From the NCBI GenBank assembly GCA_046049675.1, contig JBJORA010000090.1:16114-80113 (forward strand): DNA of 64,000 nucleotides, read 5' to 3'. The position numbers were made by a program, and so were the translations under genes. Shown here piece after piece: positions 50,121 through 59,673 of the stretch (position 1 is its first letter; each line of letters opens with the position of its first letter). A model generated the notes under the pieces. That model worked only from the letters and a program-made list of their open reading frames with translations. It searched no databases and had not been told where the DNA came from. This stretch comes from Bacteroidota bacterium (lineage in GTDB: Bacteria > Bacteroidota > Bacteroidia > Chitinophagales > Chitinophagaceae).

Positions 50121-52541
50121 CTACCTCTTGACCCACTTCAACACCTTCGTTTCCAATCGATTTTTTACCTCAATAAAGTAAATTCCGTTTTCAAAATTCG
50201 CAATTGGTATTTTGCTATTGCCATTTGAAACACTCATTTGTAAAAGAACAGCCCCATTCACATCCATCATTTTCACCTCGCTAATTTCAGTTAATCCAGC
50301 AATTGAAATAAAGCTAGTCGCAGGATTTGGCAATATTTCTAATTTACTACTAACCAAACCCTCAACCAAAACAGTATTACTTGCTAATGCTCTACCAGAA
50401 GGCATATCAACATACACAAGCTTAAAATATTTTTGAATAGAAATAGGCTGCAAATAATTGTAAGATTCGGCGGACGGATTCAAAACTACTTTTTCTGTAT
50501 AATTGTTGCCGTCTTCGCTAATGAGTAATTCCTTCGCGATTGTATTTTTTGAAAGTGTCCAGTCAAAGCGATAGTAATTGTTGATAACACTAGCTTTAAG
50601 TTCAATAGCATTTGTATTCAAAGGCGATAGATACAGGGGCAATATTTTTACCGCGGTGTTTGCAAGACCATACTGGCTATTATTAATAAATGTATTACCA
50701 ACAGTTGTAAGGCTAGTAAATAGTCCGTTGGTGGTAACTTGTCTTGCGGCGCAATTGTCCCTATCCCAGCTCCAAGCTAGCCAGCCAATATCTGCCTGTT
50801 TAGCAAATTTTAAGATGCTATCTAGTAAAATCACATCACTGCAATCGCTTGTAGCAGCAACCTCTCCTAGCACAAAGGGATAGCTACTATTTTGCATACT
50901 CGTAATTCTATTTTTTAAGATGGTACTTGTATTGGTGGGCAGTGGCCAATAGGTGTGCACACTAAAAATAATATTGTGCAAGGGATCAATATTGTTCAAA
51001 TGCGAAGCTACGCTATTGCTAAGTATAGCAGTTTCGTTGCCACCACAATCTGGCGCATCTATCATAATAGGATAATTGAAACCATAAGTGCTTCTTAGCT
51101 GCGTAATAATATTACCATAAATATTTTTATAGGCTGTGGGGCTTCCGCCAAGCCAACCCCATGCGCTACTACCGAGGGCTTCGTTGGCATAGTTCACAAT
51201 AATATAGCCTTGGTATTTGTTGAGAATATTAAGCATATTGGGATTTGTCCACCAACTTAGCAATGCGGTTAGACCAGCAGAATCTTGTGTACAGGTTTGG
51301 TCGTGCAATTCTGGAATCACAATCATGCCCGCTTGCACACATTTGCTGATGGCACTATCTAGCAAAGCCCAATTGGTATAGTGTGGCGCACCACCACCGT
51401 TGACATACCACACTAAGCGAACGGCATTTGCATTGCTTAATGCGATTTGGCTAATGCGCAATTCTGTACTATCCCAGCCCCAATTATACGGTGCGTAGTT
51501 TACACCTCTTAATACAACGGTGTCGCCCATAGGACCTAAAATGTACTTACCAGCAGTATGTATATACAAGCCATTATTTGGACCAGCTATGCCACCAATA
51601 ATACTACCATTTACGGGTAAACTTGTTGTGGTACTGCACGCAGGAGCTGTGGCTAAATTATATTGGTTACAAAAATCCCAGATCGCCTGTGCTGGCTTGT
51701 AACCAGCTGCTACAGGCCATCCGTGGCCGCCGCCAACCATGCGTATGAGAAAAACTTCTTTAGTACTTGCACTCGCAGGGCCACTGCAAAATGTAAGTTT
51801 TTTTACAGCACCAACTGTTACTGTACCAGGTACATTTGTTGTACTTGTATAAGTATTATTGCCGCAACCATAATTGGCAAAAAAACTAAAAGGCCATTCT
51901 CCCCAAGCCGCGGGTGTATGATCGCCATCGGGATAGCTTACCGTAAAATCGGCATCGCCATGTATATGATAGATAGGCACTTTTGTGTAAGACGCCGAAG
52001 TGAATATGGTATTGAGCGCAGCATTATCGCCCCAGCAACTGCCTGCAACGGGAGCAATGCCCGCTATTTTACTTGGTAATTGCAGTGCTAAGTTATAGCA
52101 CATATACGCACCACCGCTATGGCCAGTTGCATATACTTTAGAAGCATTAATATTATACGTACTGCACAGATGCGCGGTTAAATCGCTAAAGAACTGTACA
52201 TCATCTACAGCACTAGCATTGCCAGTACCAGCATCGCCAGCTACAAAATCTACATACTTATTCCATAGCCCACCTGCTTGGTGAGAACTTGGATACACTG
52301 CCATAAAATTATTTTGATCTGCCACGCTATCAAAGCCACTATAACTTTTAATGCCTGCGCCAGTACCACCATCGCCGTGCAGTACATACATTACAGGCAA
52401 ATTGCTGGCTACACTAGTGCCTGCACTATGAATAATAAATTTGCGCCATACACCGCCACTCATAATGCTATCAGTGATATTGACGGCAAGTAGGCTAGTG
52501 CTGTACATGAAACTTAAGAATAGCAGGTACAATTTTTTCAT
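50121..52541 (-). CDS. secreted tri-modular enzyme: esterase/PHB-depolymerase-like alpha/beta hydrolase + GH5 glycoside hydrolase + T9SS C-terminal sorting domain
   Basis: MKKLYLLFLSF signal at 52541. LHGDGGTG...GHSGG esterase block. GH5-like NEALG.../GEV blocks. C-terminal Por-secretion sorting domain. Confidence 0.6.
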   Translation of the reverse strand: MKKLYLLFLSFMYSTSLLAVNITDSIMSGGVWRKFIIHSAGTSVASNLPVMYVLHGDGGTGAGIKSYSGFDSVADQNNFMAVYPSSHQAGGLWNKYVDFVAGDAGTGNASAVDDVQFFSDLTAHLCSTYNINASKVYATGHSGGAYMCYNLALQLPSKIAGIAPVAGSCWGDNAALNTIFTSASYTKVPIYHIHGDADFTVSYPDGDHTPAAWGEWPFSFFANYGCGNNTYTSTTNVPGTVTVGAVKKLTFCSGPASASTKEVFLIRMVGGGHGWPVAAGYKPAQAIWDFCNQYNLATAPACSTTTSLPVNGSIIGGIAGPNNGLYIHTAGKYILGPMGDTVVLRGVNYAPYNWGWDSTELRISQIALSNANAVRLVWYVNGGGAPHYTNWALLDSAISKCVQAGMIVIPELHDQTCTQDSAGLTALLSWWTNPNMLNILNKYQGYIIVNYANEALGSSAWGWLGGSPTAYKNIYGNIITQLRSTYGFNYPIMIDAPDCGGNETAILSNSVASHLNNIDPLHNIIFSVHTYWPLPTNTSTILKNRITSMQNSSYPFVLGEVAATSDCSDVILLDSILKFAKQADIGWLAWSWDRDNCAARQVTTNGLFTSLTTVGNTFINNSQYGLANTAVKILPLYLSPLNTNAIELKASVINNYYRFDWTLSKNTIAKELLISEDGNNYTEKVVLNPSAESYNYLQPISIQKYFKLVYVDMPSGRALASNTVLVEGLVSSKLEILPNPATSFISIAGLTEISEVKMMDVNGAVLLQMSVSNGNSKIPIANFENGIYFIEVKNRLETKVLKWVKR

Positions 52542-53030
52542 ATGTATAAAGTTTAGTGTTGAGTCTGTGTTTACATTAATCGACCACCTATTGTAAAAGT
52601 ACTTGCTTAAATTTATTTCTACCAAGGTTTATAGCTTATCCTGATGATACCGGCATTGATACCACCGAAATTGCCCTTTCGTAAAATGCTGTAATGCGTG
52701 TTGAGTAAAGTACAATTATTCATATGGATATAGGCGCTGGAACCATATGCGGATAATACGTTTTAAATGCAAGTTTTTCACAGGGTAAAATTAGAAGTAT
52801 TGCATACTGTAAAGAGTGGCAATAAGTAAACGGCGTGCTTTAGTAAGTGTGCCACACTGTGTGTGGGAAGCAAGGCATATACAATGAAGTTTGTGTGTGC
52901 AGTACGTTTTGATGGTACTTTAGTAGGACTATCGTTTTAGAAGGCCTATGTAGGAGGACTTGGTGTTAGTATAGTGTGCTAAGTACGAAGGCTTGGTATT
53001 TTTGCTGAAGCAATAAAAGAATAATTTACA

Positions 53031-53128
53031 TCGCAAAGCACGGTTTTGTGCTAGAAATTATTATTTTTGAATATGATAACAAGGCCCGAAAGCAATCCGC
53101 AGATGTGTATCGTCAATCACCTAATCTT
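53031..53128 (+). repeat. R2 intergenic repeat copy C
   Basis: CATCGCAAAGCACGGTTTTGTGCTAGAAATTATTATTTTTGAATATGATAAC... Confidence 0.6.
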
Positions 53129-53180
53129 TAGGCGTAAATAAAAAAATCTAGCATGAACATTCACAAATTATAGAATTCAG

Positions 53181-53750
53181 ATGATGAGATTATTTTTAAT
53201 AGTATTCATAAGTATAATTTTAATTTTTCCTCAAAGCATCTATGCCAAGAAAAAAAAGAAGCGAGTTTCTACATTAGAAAGTTTACGCTATGACAGCAAA
53301 ACTGACAAAACAACTTATTTAGTAGTTCCGTTTGGAAAGATTAACTTAAAGGGTAATTGGACAGAAGTAAAAGATAAAAATCCCCCCTATGGGAAACTTG
53401 TAAAAAACGCTCAAGGAGTAGAAATACTATTGGACTTATTAGATTGTAGTTTTTCCTTCAATGATACTGACAAAGTAAAGAATTATCAATTTGTTGAACG
53501 CTATTATAACTGGGAAAAAGCATACTTCGAAAAAAGTCCTGAGCTAAAAACAGAAGTAATTGAAAGAGATTCAATAAACAATTTTATGATTTACCGAATC
53601 AATGGAAAAATTAAAAATGAAGACTACGATACCTATGTCTTTGTAACTGAAAAAGACTGTAATGTAATGACTTTATTGATTAGTAATTACGTCAACATTT
53701 CTCGTGAAGAAAAGATAAGGCTCTTTAAAGAGATTTACAATACAGAATAG
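53181..53750 (+). CDS. secreted hypothetical protein
   Basis: Signal peptide. Confidence 0.45.
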   Translation: MMRLFLIVFISIILIFPQSIYAKKKKKRVSTLESLRYDSKTDKTTYLVVPFGKINLKGNWTEVKDKNPPYGKLVKNAQGVEILLDLLDCSFSFNDTDKVKNYQFVERYYNWEKAYFEKSPELKTEVIERDSINNFMIYRINGKIKNEDYDTYVFVTEKDCNVMTLLISNYVNISREEKIRLFKEIYNTE

Positions 53751-53869
53751 CCTGCGCTCATCACGCGCTTTACGAAATTGTTGTCTTCAATTATTTTTTT
53801 AGCTACAGCAACTTTGTAAAGCACTAGTAGCTTGCCCTAATAAAAGAAAATTCAAAAAATAATCCTCAA

Positions 53870-54508
53870 ATGAGCATAAAGTATACGACAGAAGATGGCA
53901 AGTTAATTAGTGAATATGAAGCCAATCAAATAGGTACATATATTAAAACAATTAGCCCTAGCAAAAATTCAAAAATTGAAGAATCCTACTATGAAAATAA
54001 GTTATCTGATGTTTGTTATTACACCGACCTAAATGAAAGTATAGAAAGCGCAAAACATAGTTTAGCAGAACTGCATTATCAAAATTTTTATATAATTCAA
54101 AAAATACAGAGAGGAGAAAATTTGCTAATAAGTACAATTAGCTATCAGGATGGAATTGAAGCAGTAACAGGTAAGGAACTATATAATAGGTCTAATCAGC
54201 TATTAGCATATGTAAATAATTACAGTTCAAAAAGTAATTTTATTAAAATTGGTAATACTAAAAAATATATATACACAACTGAAAATTATTATGAAGAACC
54301 TGAATTCTTTCTTGCTTATGAACCTAATTTCATTGCTCATTATAAAAGCGATGGAAATTTAGACTATATTGAAGGGCCTTTTGACGGCATAGATGACCAA
54401 GATGTAGAATACCACCGTTTTGCCACTATTGAAGAATTGCAAAAATTTCTTGATTGGTATGAAGGTAATAAGGAATCAGCGGAATTCTATTTTTATGCTC
54501 AGTTTTAA
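53870..54508 (+). CDS. hypothetical protein
   Basis: 212-aa ORF. Confidence 0.4.
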   Translation: MSIKYTTEDGKLISEYEANQIGTYIKTISPSKNSKIEESYYENKLSDVCYYTDLNESIESAKHSLAELHYQNFYIIQKIQRGENLLISTISYQDGIEAVTGKELYNRSNQLLAYVNNYSSKSNFIKIGNTKKYIYTTENYYEEPEFFLAYEPNFIAHYKSDGNLDYIEGPFDGIDDQDVEYHRFATIEELQKFLDWYEGNKESAEFYFYAQF

Positions 54509-54598
54509 AGTGAGTAATTACTAAGAGTGACGTATTAATAAGTGCTAAGGTGAAAATCAAGCAAATATTTAGATTTATCAAAATACAGTATATAGCAG

Positions 54599-54660
54599 CT
54601 TGCCAAAAATAGCTGGCAAACCTGCAATTTCTAGATCTTCACAAGTACCTTCGACAAGCC
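54599..54660 (+). repeat. R1 repeat copy 5
   Basis: CTTGCCAAAAATAGCTGGCAAACC...CTTCACAAGTACCTTCGACAAGCC. Confidence 0.5.
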
Positions 54661-54706
54661 GCCAAACGTTAGTGGCAATTACGCGAGACCCACAAGAATA
54701 AAGACA

Positions 54707-55174
54707 ATGGAAATAAATTATATCAAAGGCGATGCTACTAATCCAATTGGAGAAGGAAATAAAATAATTGTGCATATTTGTAATGATATTGGTGGCTGGG
54801 GAAAAGGATTTGTTATGGCAATTTCTAAACGCTGGAAACAACCTGAACATCAATATAGAGAATGGTTTAAAGCAAAAGATAATTTTAGCCTTGGACAAGT
54901 TCAATTTGTGCTAGTAGAAGAAACACTTTGGGTTGCTAACTTGATTGGACAGCACAAGATTAATAAAGACGAAAATGGAAACGCACCAATTCGTTATGAA
55001 GCAATTTTTCAAGGACTTGAACAAGTAGCTCAATTTGCTTTAGAAAGAGACGCGACTATTCATATGCCAAGAATCGGTTGTGGACTTGCAGGTGGCTCGT
55101 GGGAGAATATAGAGCCTTTAATAAACTCGACATTAATGTCAAAAAACATTCAAGTAACTGTTTACGACTTTTAA
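54707..55174 (+). CDS. TARG1(C6orf130)/DarG-type macrodomain protein (ADP-ribosyl hydrolase)
   Basis: IKGDATNP...IVHICNDIGGWGKGFVMAISKRW and MPRIGCGLAGGSWENIEPLI...IQVTVYDF align block-by-block with human TARG1 (recall). Confidence 0.6.
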   Translation: MEINYIKGDATNPIGEGNKIIVHICNDIGGWGKGFVMAISKRWKQPEHQYREWFKAKDNFSLGQVQFVLVEETLWVANLIGQHKINKDENGNAPIRYEAIFQGLEQVAQFALERDATIHMPRIGCGLAGGSWENIEPLINSTLMSKNIQVTVYDF

Positions 55175-55175
55175 T

Positions 55176-55532
55176 ATGTGGACACCTATCACTTTAATAG
55201 AATTATTCGACCAAATTCAAAAAACCGAAACTGACCTAAATGGTGAATTAAGGAATTTTTGGCAACTAATTAGAATTGAGCCGAAGAAATGGTCAGAACT
55301 AACATACGGAAACGAAGGAAATGGATTTTGGGTTGTTGCAATTTGTGGTCAAAAAATAATTTGGTATAACGATATCGAAGATGGCTTTAATATTTCTAAT
55401 TATACAAATTATGGACAGATAGACGGTTATTTTTGTAATCAAGAAGAATTAAGCTGGGCAATTAGGAGATTATATGAATTAATTATATTTGGTGGACAAA
55501 TACAGGGACAAGCAGGACCTCCATCAAATTAG
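55176..55532 (+). CDS. hypothetical protein (translationally coupled to the macrodomain gene)
   Basis: Start lies 2 nt after the upstream stop. Confidence 0.4.
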   Translation: MWTPITLIELFDQIQKTETDLNGELRNFWQLIRIEPKKWSELTYGNEGNGFWVVAICGQKIIWYNDIEDGFNISNYTNYGQIDGYFCNQEELSWAIRRLYELIIFGGQIQGQAGPPSN

Positions 55533-55567
55533 AAATATAAAAAACAAACAATAGCCACCACCAACGC

Positions 55568-55626
55568 TTTGCTAAAGATAGCTAGCTAACCCGCATTATC
55601 CAGCGCTTCGCAGCTACCTTTGACAG
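55568..55626 (+). repeat. R1 repeat copy 6
   Basis: TTTGCTAAAGATAGCTAGCTAACCCGCATTATCCAGCGCTTCGCAGCTACCTTTGACAG. Confidence 0.6.
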
Positions 55627-55646
55627 TAGTCTAGCACTAGCAGTTA

Positions 55647-56156
55647 ATGAACCTTAAAATACTAAAAGAATTGAAATTTGAAATAGTTAAGACACTAATA
55701 CCACTTGTAACTATGTTCTTAATAGGTTGCTACGGCGTAAATTCCGAAACCTCACAAATTGGAAATATAAATTCAAGTTGTTTAACAAAAAATGCTTGGA
55801 AAGAAATGCAGAATGAATACGCAATAGAAAAAATTACCGATTCAACATTTCAAGAAGGGCTGAAACATGTTGAAAACCATTTTATTAAACCTGCGTATGT
55901 AATTTATTTTCAAGACGAACCAAAAGAGATTGTAGGTTTCGACGCAACTGCTATAAGAGTTGTTTACAATCCAAAAATTGCTGCTTTTGGTGTTGACGGT
56001 TTAAGCCCACAATTGAGTGACAAAGAACAAATAAGAATTAGAAATCGAGTTTTAGAAGTAATTAGAGAATATGCGTGTGAAGAGGGCAAGGAAGCAATGA
56101 CAAAAGAAATGAACGAGCCTGCTATTTTTAGTAAAGCGTATTATGAAAAAAATTGA
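55647..56156 (+). CDS. lipoprotein, hypothetical
   Basis: TM/signal then Cys (LIGCYG). Confidence 0.4.
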   Translation: MNLKILKELKFEIVKTLIPLVTMFLIGCYGVNSETSQIGNINSSCLTKNAWKEMQNEYAIEKITDSTFQEGLKHVENHFIKPAYVIYFQDEPKEIVGFDATAIRVVYNPKIAAFGVDGLSPQLSDKEQIRIRNRVLEVIREYACEEGKEAMTKEMNEPAIFSKAYYEKN

Positions 56157-56326
56157 ATATTGAAGTCAAGAAGAAAAGCAATAAGTGCTTTGCTTTTACA
56201 CAACAGGTTTGTTCTGGGTCAATTATATTTTTTACTTTTATAAAGTTTCCTGCGGGCAGATAGTTTGCTTTTCAATCTACAACTGCATAAAATGATGGAA
56301 CCATATCTGCTACATATAAACACTAA

Positions 56327-57040
56327 ATGAATATGAAACATTTCGACATTAGGCTTGGCGTTTACTTAATAATAGTTTTTATTATTATCACGCCAACGGG
56401 AACTATTCTTCATGAACTGGGCCATTATACAGTAGCTAAATATTTTAATCATGAAACATCGATTAATTATAAAAGAACTAGTACTTCGAAGAAGCAGTTG
56501 ATTGATTATTTTATGGAGACTCAAAACAAGTATGCCGATGAATTAAAGAACGACATAGATTTTCCAGGTAAGCAAGAGTATATAGATGCTAAAAAGAAAT
56601 ATGGAAAAGAAAACATGTTTATACTGCTTGGAGGACCTCTTCAAACGATGCTAACAGGCACGATAGGCTACATAATCCTATTTAGGTTTAGAAAACGATT
56701 TATAAATAGAGAACGAGTAAATATTGGAGGTTGGATTTTTGTTTTTATCGCACTATTTTGGCTTAGACAAATTTTCAATTTATTGTCTGTTATTCTGATT
56801 TATATGAAAGATGGAGAACTCCCAACGGCAGGCGACGAAGTTAGGCTTGCACTGTACTTTAACATTAACCCCTTGTCGATTCAATTAACGACAGGCTTAA
56901 TAGGAGTACTAATCTTAATTTCAATTTTGAGGCTTCTCCCCAAACGAATTGTAGGCACATTTTTGATTTCAGGATTCATTGGCGCACTTTTGGGATATTA
57001 TCTTTGGTTTGTACAAATCGGAAAATACATTTTGCCGTAA
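56327..57040 (+). CDS. polytopic membrane protein with intramembrane HExxH (M50-like putative metalloprotease)
   Basis: TGTILHELGHYTVAKYF in the first TM helix. ~6 TM. Confidence 0.35.
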   Translation: MNMKHFDIRLGVYLIIVFIIITPTGTILHELGHYTVAKYFNHETSINYKRTSTSKKQLIDYFMETQNKYADELKNDIDFPGKQEYIDAKKKYGKENMFILLGGPLQTMLTGTIGYIILFRFRKRFINRERVNIGGWIFVFIALFWLRQIFNLLSVILIYMKDGELPTAGDEVRLALYFNINPLSIQLTTGLIGVLILISILRLLPKRIVGTFLISGFIGALLGYYLWFVQIGKYILP

Positions 57041-57189
57041 GCAATACTTAGCACCACACAACAGCGTTTTTACAAAATCGTGACCTGAATTGTAAATCAA
57101 AAATAATTATTCTTGCTTACATTTGTTTGTAAATAAAACAAGTGCTTCTTGCATAACAACTACGTCACTTCCGCGCTAACGGTAATTTT

Positions 57190-57696
57190 ATGACACTACC
57201 TTATATTGACATATATGTTTTGACAAGCAATCGCGAAAGACGAACACTTGAGAAATTTTTAGATGAATATACAGATAGAGAATCCATTGAAGACATGCAT
57301 GATAGCGAAATCAATATGCTACCTAAAGATAGATCTTATCTGGAAGTAAATAGCGAAGACTACATATGGATTAAGGCGGAAACGCTTACCAATTGCATTG
57401 ATATTGGACTTTCTAATCCAAGCAATTGCTTTACACTTTATTTAAGATCAAAACACAGAGAAATTAACTTAGTCATTCTAAGCTTTACACAAGATGGAAA
57501 ATTAATAGTTGGGCTTTCAATCTTTGAATATATAGATGCAGAACAAACAATAGACAATTACAAATTTGCAAAAGAACTAAAAGACGAGATGTATAGAAAT
57601 TATAATGGCAGTTTGGCATACTTTGGACTTGAGGCTTCTCCTGCACACACAGAAGAGGAATTCAAAAAGCAGACGCTGACTTTCATTAATAACTAG
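57190..57696 (+). CDS. hypothetical protein
   Basis: 168-aa ORF. Confidence 0.4.
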   Translation: MTLPYIDIYVLTSNRERRTLEKFLDEYTDRESIEDMHDSEINMLPKDRSYLEVNSEDYIWIKAETLTNCIDIGLSNPSNCFTLYLRSKHREINLVILSFTQDGKLIVGLSIFEYIDAEQTIDNYKFAKELKDEMYRNYNGSLAYFGLEASPAHTEEEFKKQTLTFINN

Positions 57697-57700
57697 CACT

Positions 57701-58195
57701 TTGGCAATGGGCATAATTAAAGTGGCAAAAGACGACAAGTCTATACATAGCATTTGCATTGCTTCAATTAAGCGAAGCACAATGAAACCCCATGACTTCA
57801 AATGGACTAATTTTTATGAATCTAATTCTGACTTTCAATATTCAGGATTGCAACTTGACTTCATAGAAGATGAACTAATGATTTGCTCAACAATTATTGA
57901 TACAGACAATTACAGTATTCTAACAACAAGGCGCCTACTAACGAAACTTGAAGGACAATTAAGCATAGAGTATATTCAAGGGGCAATTGATAAAATGTAC
58001 GGAGACTTTAAAGGCTATCAAACCAAGGGTTTTACGTTTGGAAAAGTACAGGTTGAAAACGGCAATGAAATAAAATACTTTATTGAAACTGGAAAAGCTT
58101 CAATGATAATGATACGCGCAGTAAGAACCGTAATTACAATAACGCAAATGTCAATTAATAAAGTTGACGATGATACAAGAAGTGAAAACAAATAA
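57701..58195 (+). CDS. hypothetical protein
   Basis: 164-aa ORF. Confidence 0.4.
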   Translation: MAMGIIKVAKDDKSIHSICIASIKRSTMKPHDFKWTNFYESNSDFQYSGLQLDFIEDELMICSTIIDTDNYSILTTRRLLTKLEGQLSIEYIQGAIDKMYGDFKGYQTKGFTFGKVQVENGNEIKYFIETGKASMIMIRAVRTVITITQMSINKVDDDTRSENK

Positions 58196-58316
58196 AATGA
58201 ACTGCCTTGTTACGACGTGCCTTATTGCTTGCCATGTGTTTTGTTATAGTATTTTTTGTCTTGTTCGATGTTGCGAATCTGCTGCTACGATAGGTAGTTG
58301 GCCTCGCTTCCACTAC

Positions 58317-58442
58317 AATTATTTTAGCAAAGTGTGCTTTTGTGCCAGAAATTATTACTTTTGAATATATTAGCAGCGCCTGCAGCTTCTCAGCAACAAC
58401 GCATCTTTCAACAATGGCTTAGTTCAATTAGCATCGCAACCC
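58317..58442 (+). repeat. R2 intergenic repeat copy D
   Basis: CAATTATTTTAGCAAAGTGTGCTTTTGTGCCAGAAATTATTACTTTTGAATATATTAGC... Confidence 0.6.
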
Positions 58443-58524
58443 TGTCAATCATCATTCTCTGGCTATAGTGCAGCGAAATTGAAGAATTCAATAGAAATTA
58501 TGATAAACCAAACAACTTAACCAA

Positions 58525-59124
58525 ATGAGAATAGAACCAATTGTAGAATTTCTAACAGAAGGCGTACTTATTATCGCAAACATTACGAAATGCAAGGAAT
58601 ACTATGCCGACAAGGAATTTGACTATGCCTACCCTGAGGGATTATCCGATTTATTAATAAATGGCGTCATTCACATTATAACGACCGAGGAACACGTAGA
58701 AGAAATTCATTTTATTTTTGACAATGAAGCCTTTGAGTTCACAGAAATAGATAGGCGTGGAAAGACATGGCTGCACAGTGAATCATACAATTATATGAAG
58801 GTCGACGAAGGAGATGAAGTACGATTGATTTCTCATGCTGATTTCACGCAAATGTGCAACAATCACAAGGGCGATCTAGAGGCCCAAATTGATAGTGCGT
58901 TGAGGATTAGAAATATTTTGAATCCTAATTATCCCATTGATAAAGAAACTTACTTAAAAGAAAATTTTCCAATTTTAGATTTCCCTGCTGGGCAATGGAG
59001 AGTAAATGTTTACTCAAAAACATATGATGGTGGACTATTGCCAGACTTCGCCTTTCATTTACAAAAAATGGATACTGTTGAATTAGAAAAAATTACCCTA
59101 GAGCCAATTGAAATCTTCGGATAG
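58525..59124 (+). CDS. hypothetical protein
   Basis: 199-aa ORF. Confidence 0.4.
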   Translation: MRIEPIVEFLTEGVLIIANITKCKEYYADKEFDYAYPEGLSDLLINGVIHIITTEEHVEEIHFIFDNEAFEFTEIDRRGKTWLHSESYNYMKVDEGDEVRLISHADFTQMCNNHKGDLEAQIDSALRIRNILNPNYPIDKETYLKENFPILDFPAGQWRVNVYSKTYDGGLLPDFAFHLQKMDTVELEKITLEPIEIFG

Positions 59125-59198
59125 AAGAATTGTACAGATGGCAGCGGCGATTGTTATACAAAGTATTGACACTAGCATAGCACAAGCAATTAGATTGT

Positions 59199-59621
59199 AT
59201 GGACTGGATTGTAGAAAAAATATTTCTTTTGACCTTGTTCTTTAGGTCTGAAGCTAATACCGAATTGCTTTCATCTTCTGATTCATCCAAGATTGTTGAC
59301 GTTTATTCGTACTGTTGTAGCGAAGAAAAGGAAATAATATTATTTAATGACTCAACATTTAATTATTACTGGGGCAACAACCACAATGCTGCAACATTGT
59401 ACTCATCTGGTACTTATCGAAGAACAGATTCGTCAATAATTCTCCAAAATAAAATGCAGTACAGACGAAGAAAACAATATCAAAAGGTTTACCAACCTAA
59501 CGAGTACGTCTTAAGAAATGATACAATTTTCTTGTACAACATCAAAGACACATCGAAGATGGAAGAATGGGAAATTAGACACTCGAAACTTATAAGGAAT
59601 TTGAATAGGGAAAAAGTGTAA
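59199..59621 (+). CDS. hypothetical protein
   Basis: 140-aa ORF. Confidence 0.35.
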   Translation: MDWIVEKIFLLTLFFRSEANTELLSSSDSSKIVDVYSYCCSEEKEIILFNDSTFNYYWGNNHNAATLYSSGTYRRTDSSIILQNKMQYRRRKQYQKVYQPNEYVLRNDTIFLYNIKDTSKMEEWEIRHSKLIRNLNREKV

Positions 59622-59673
59622 CTGCCGCTGCCGAGGTTTTGCGCTCTTGCTGCTTTTGTAGTAGATTTGACCA

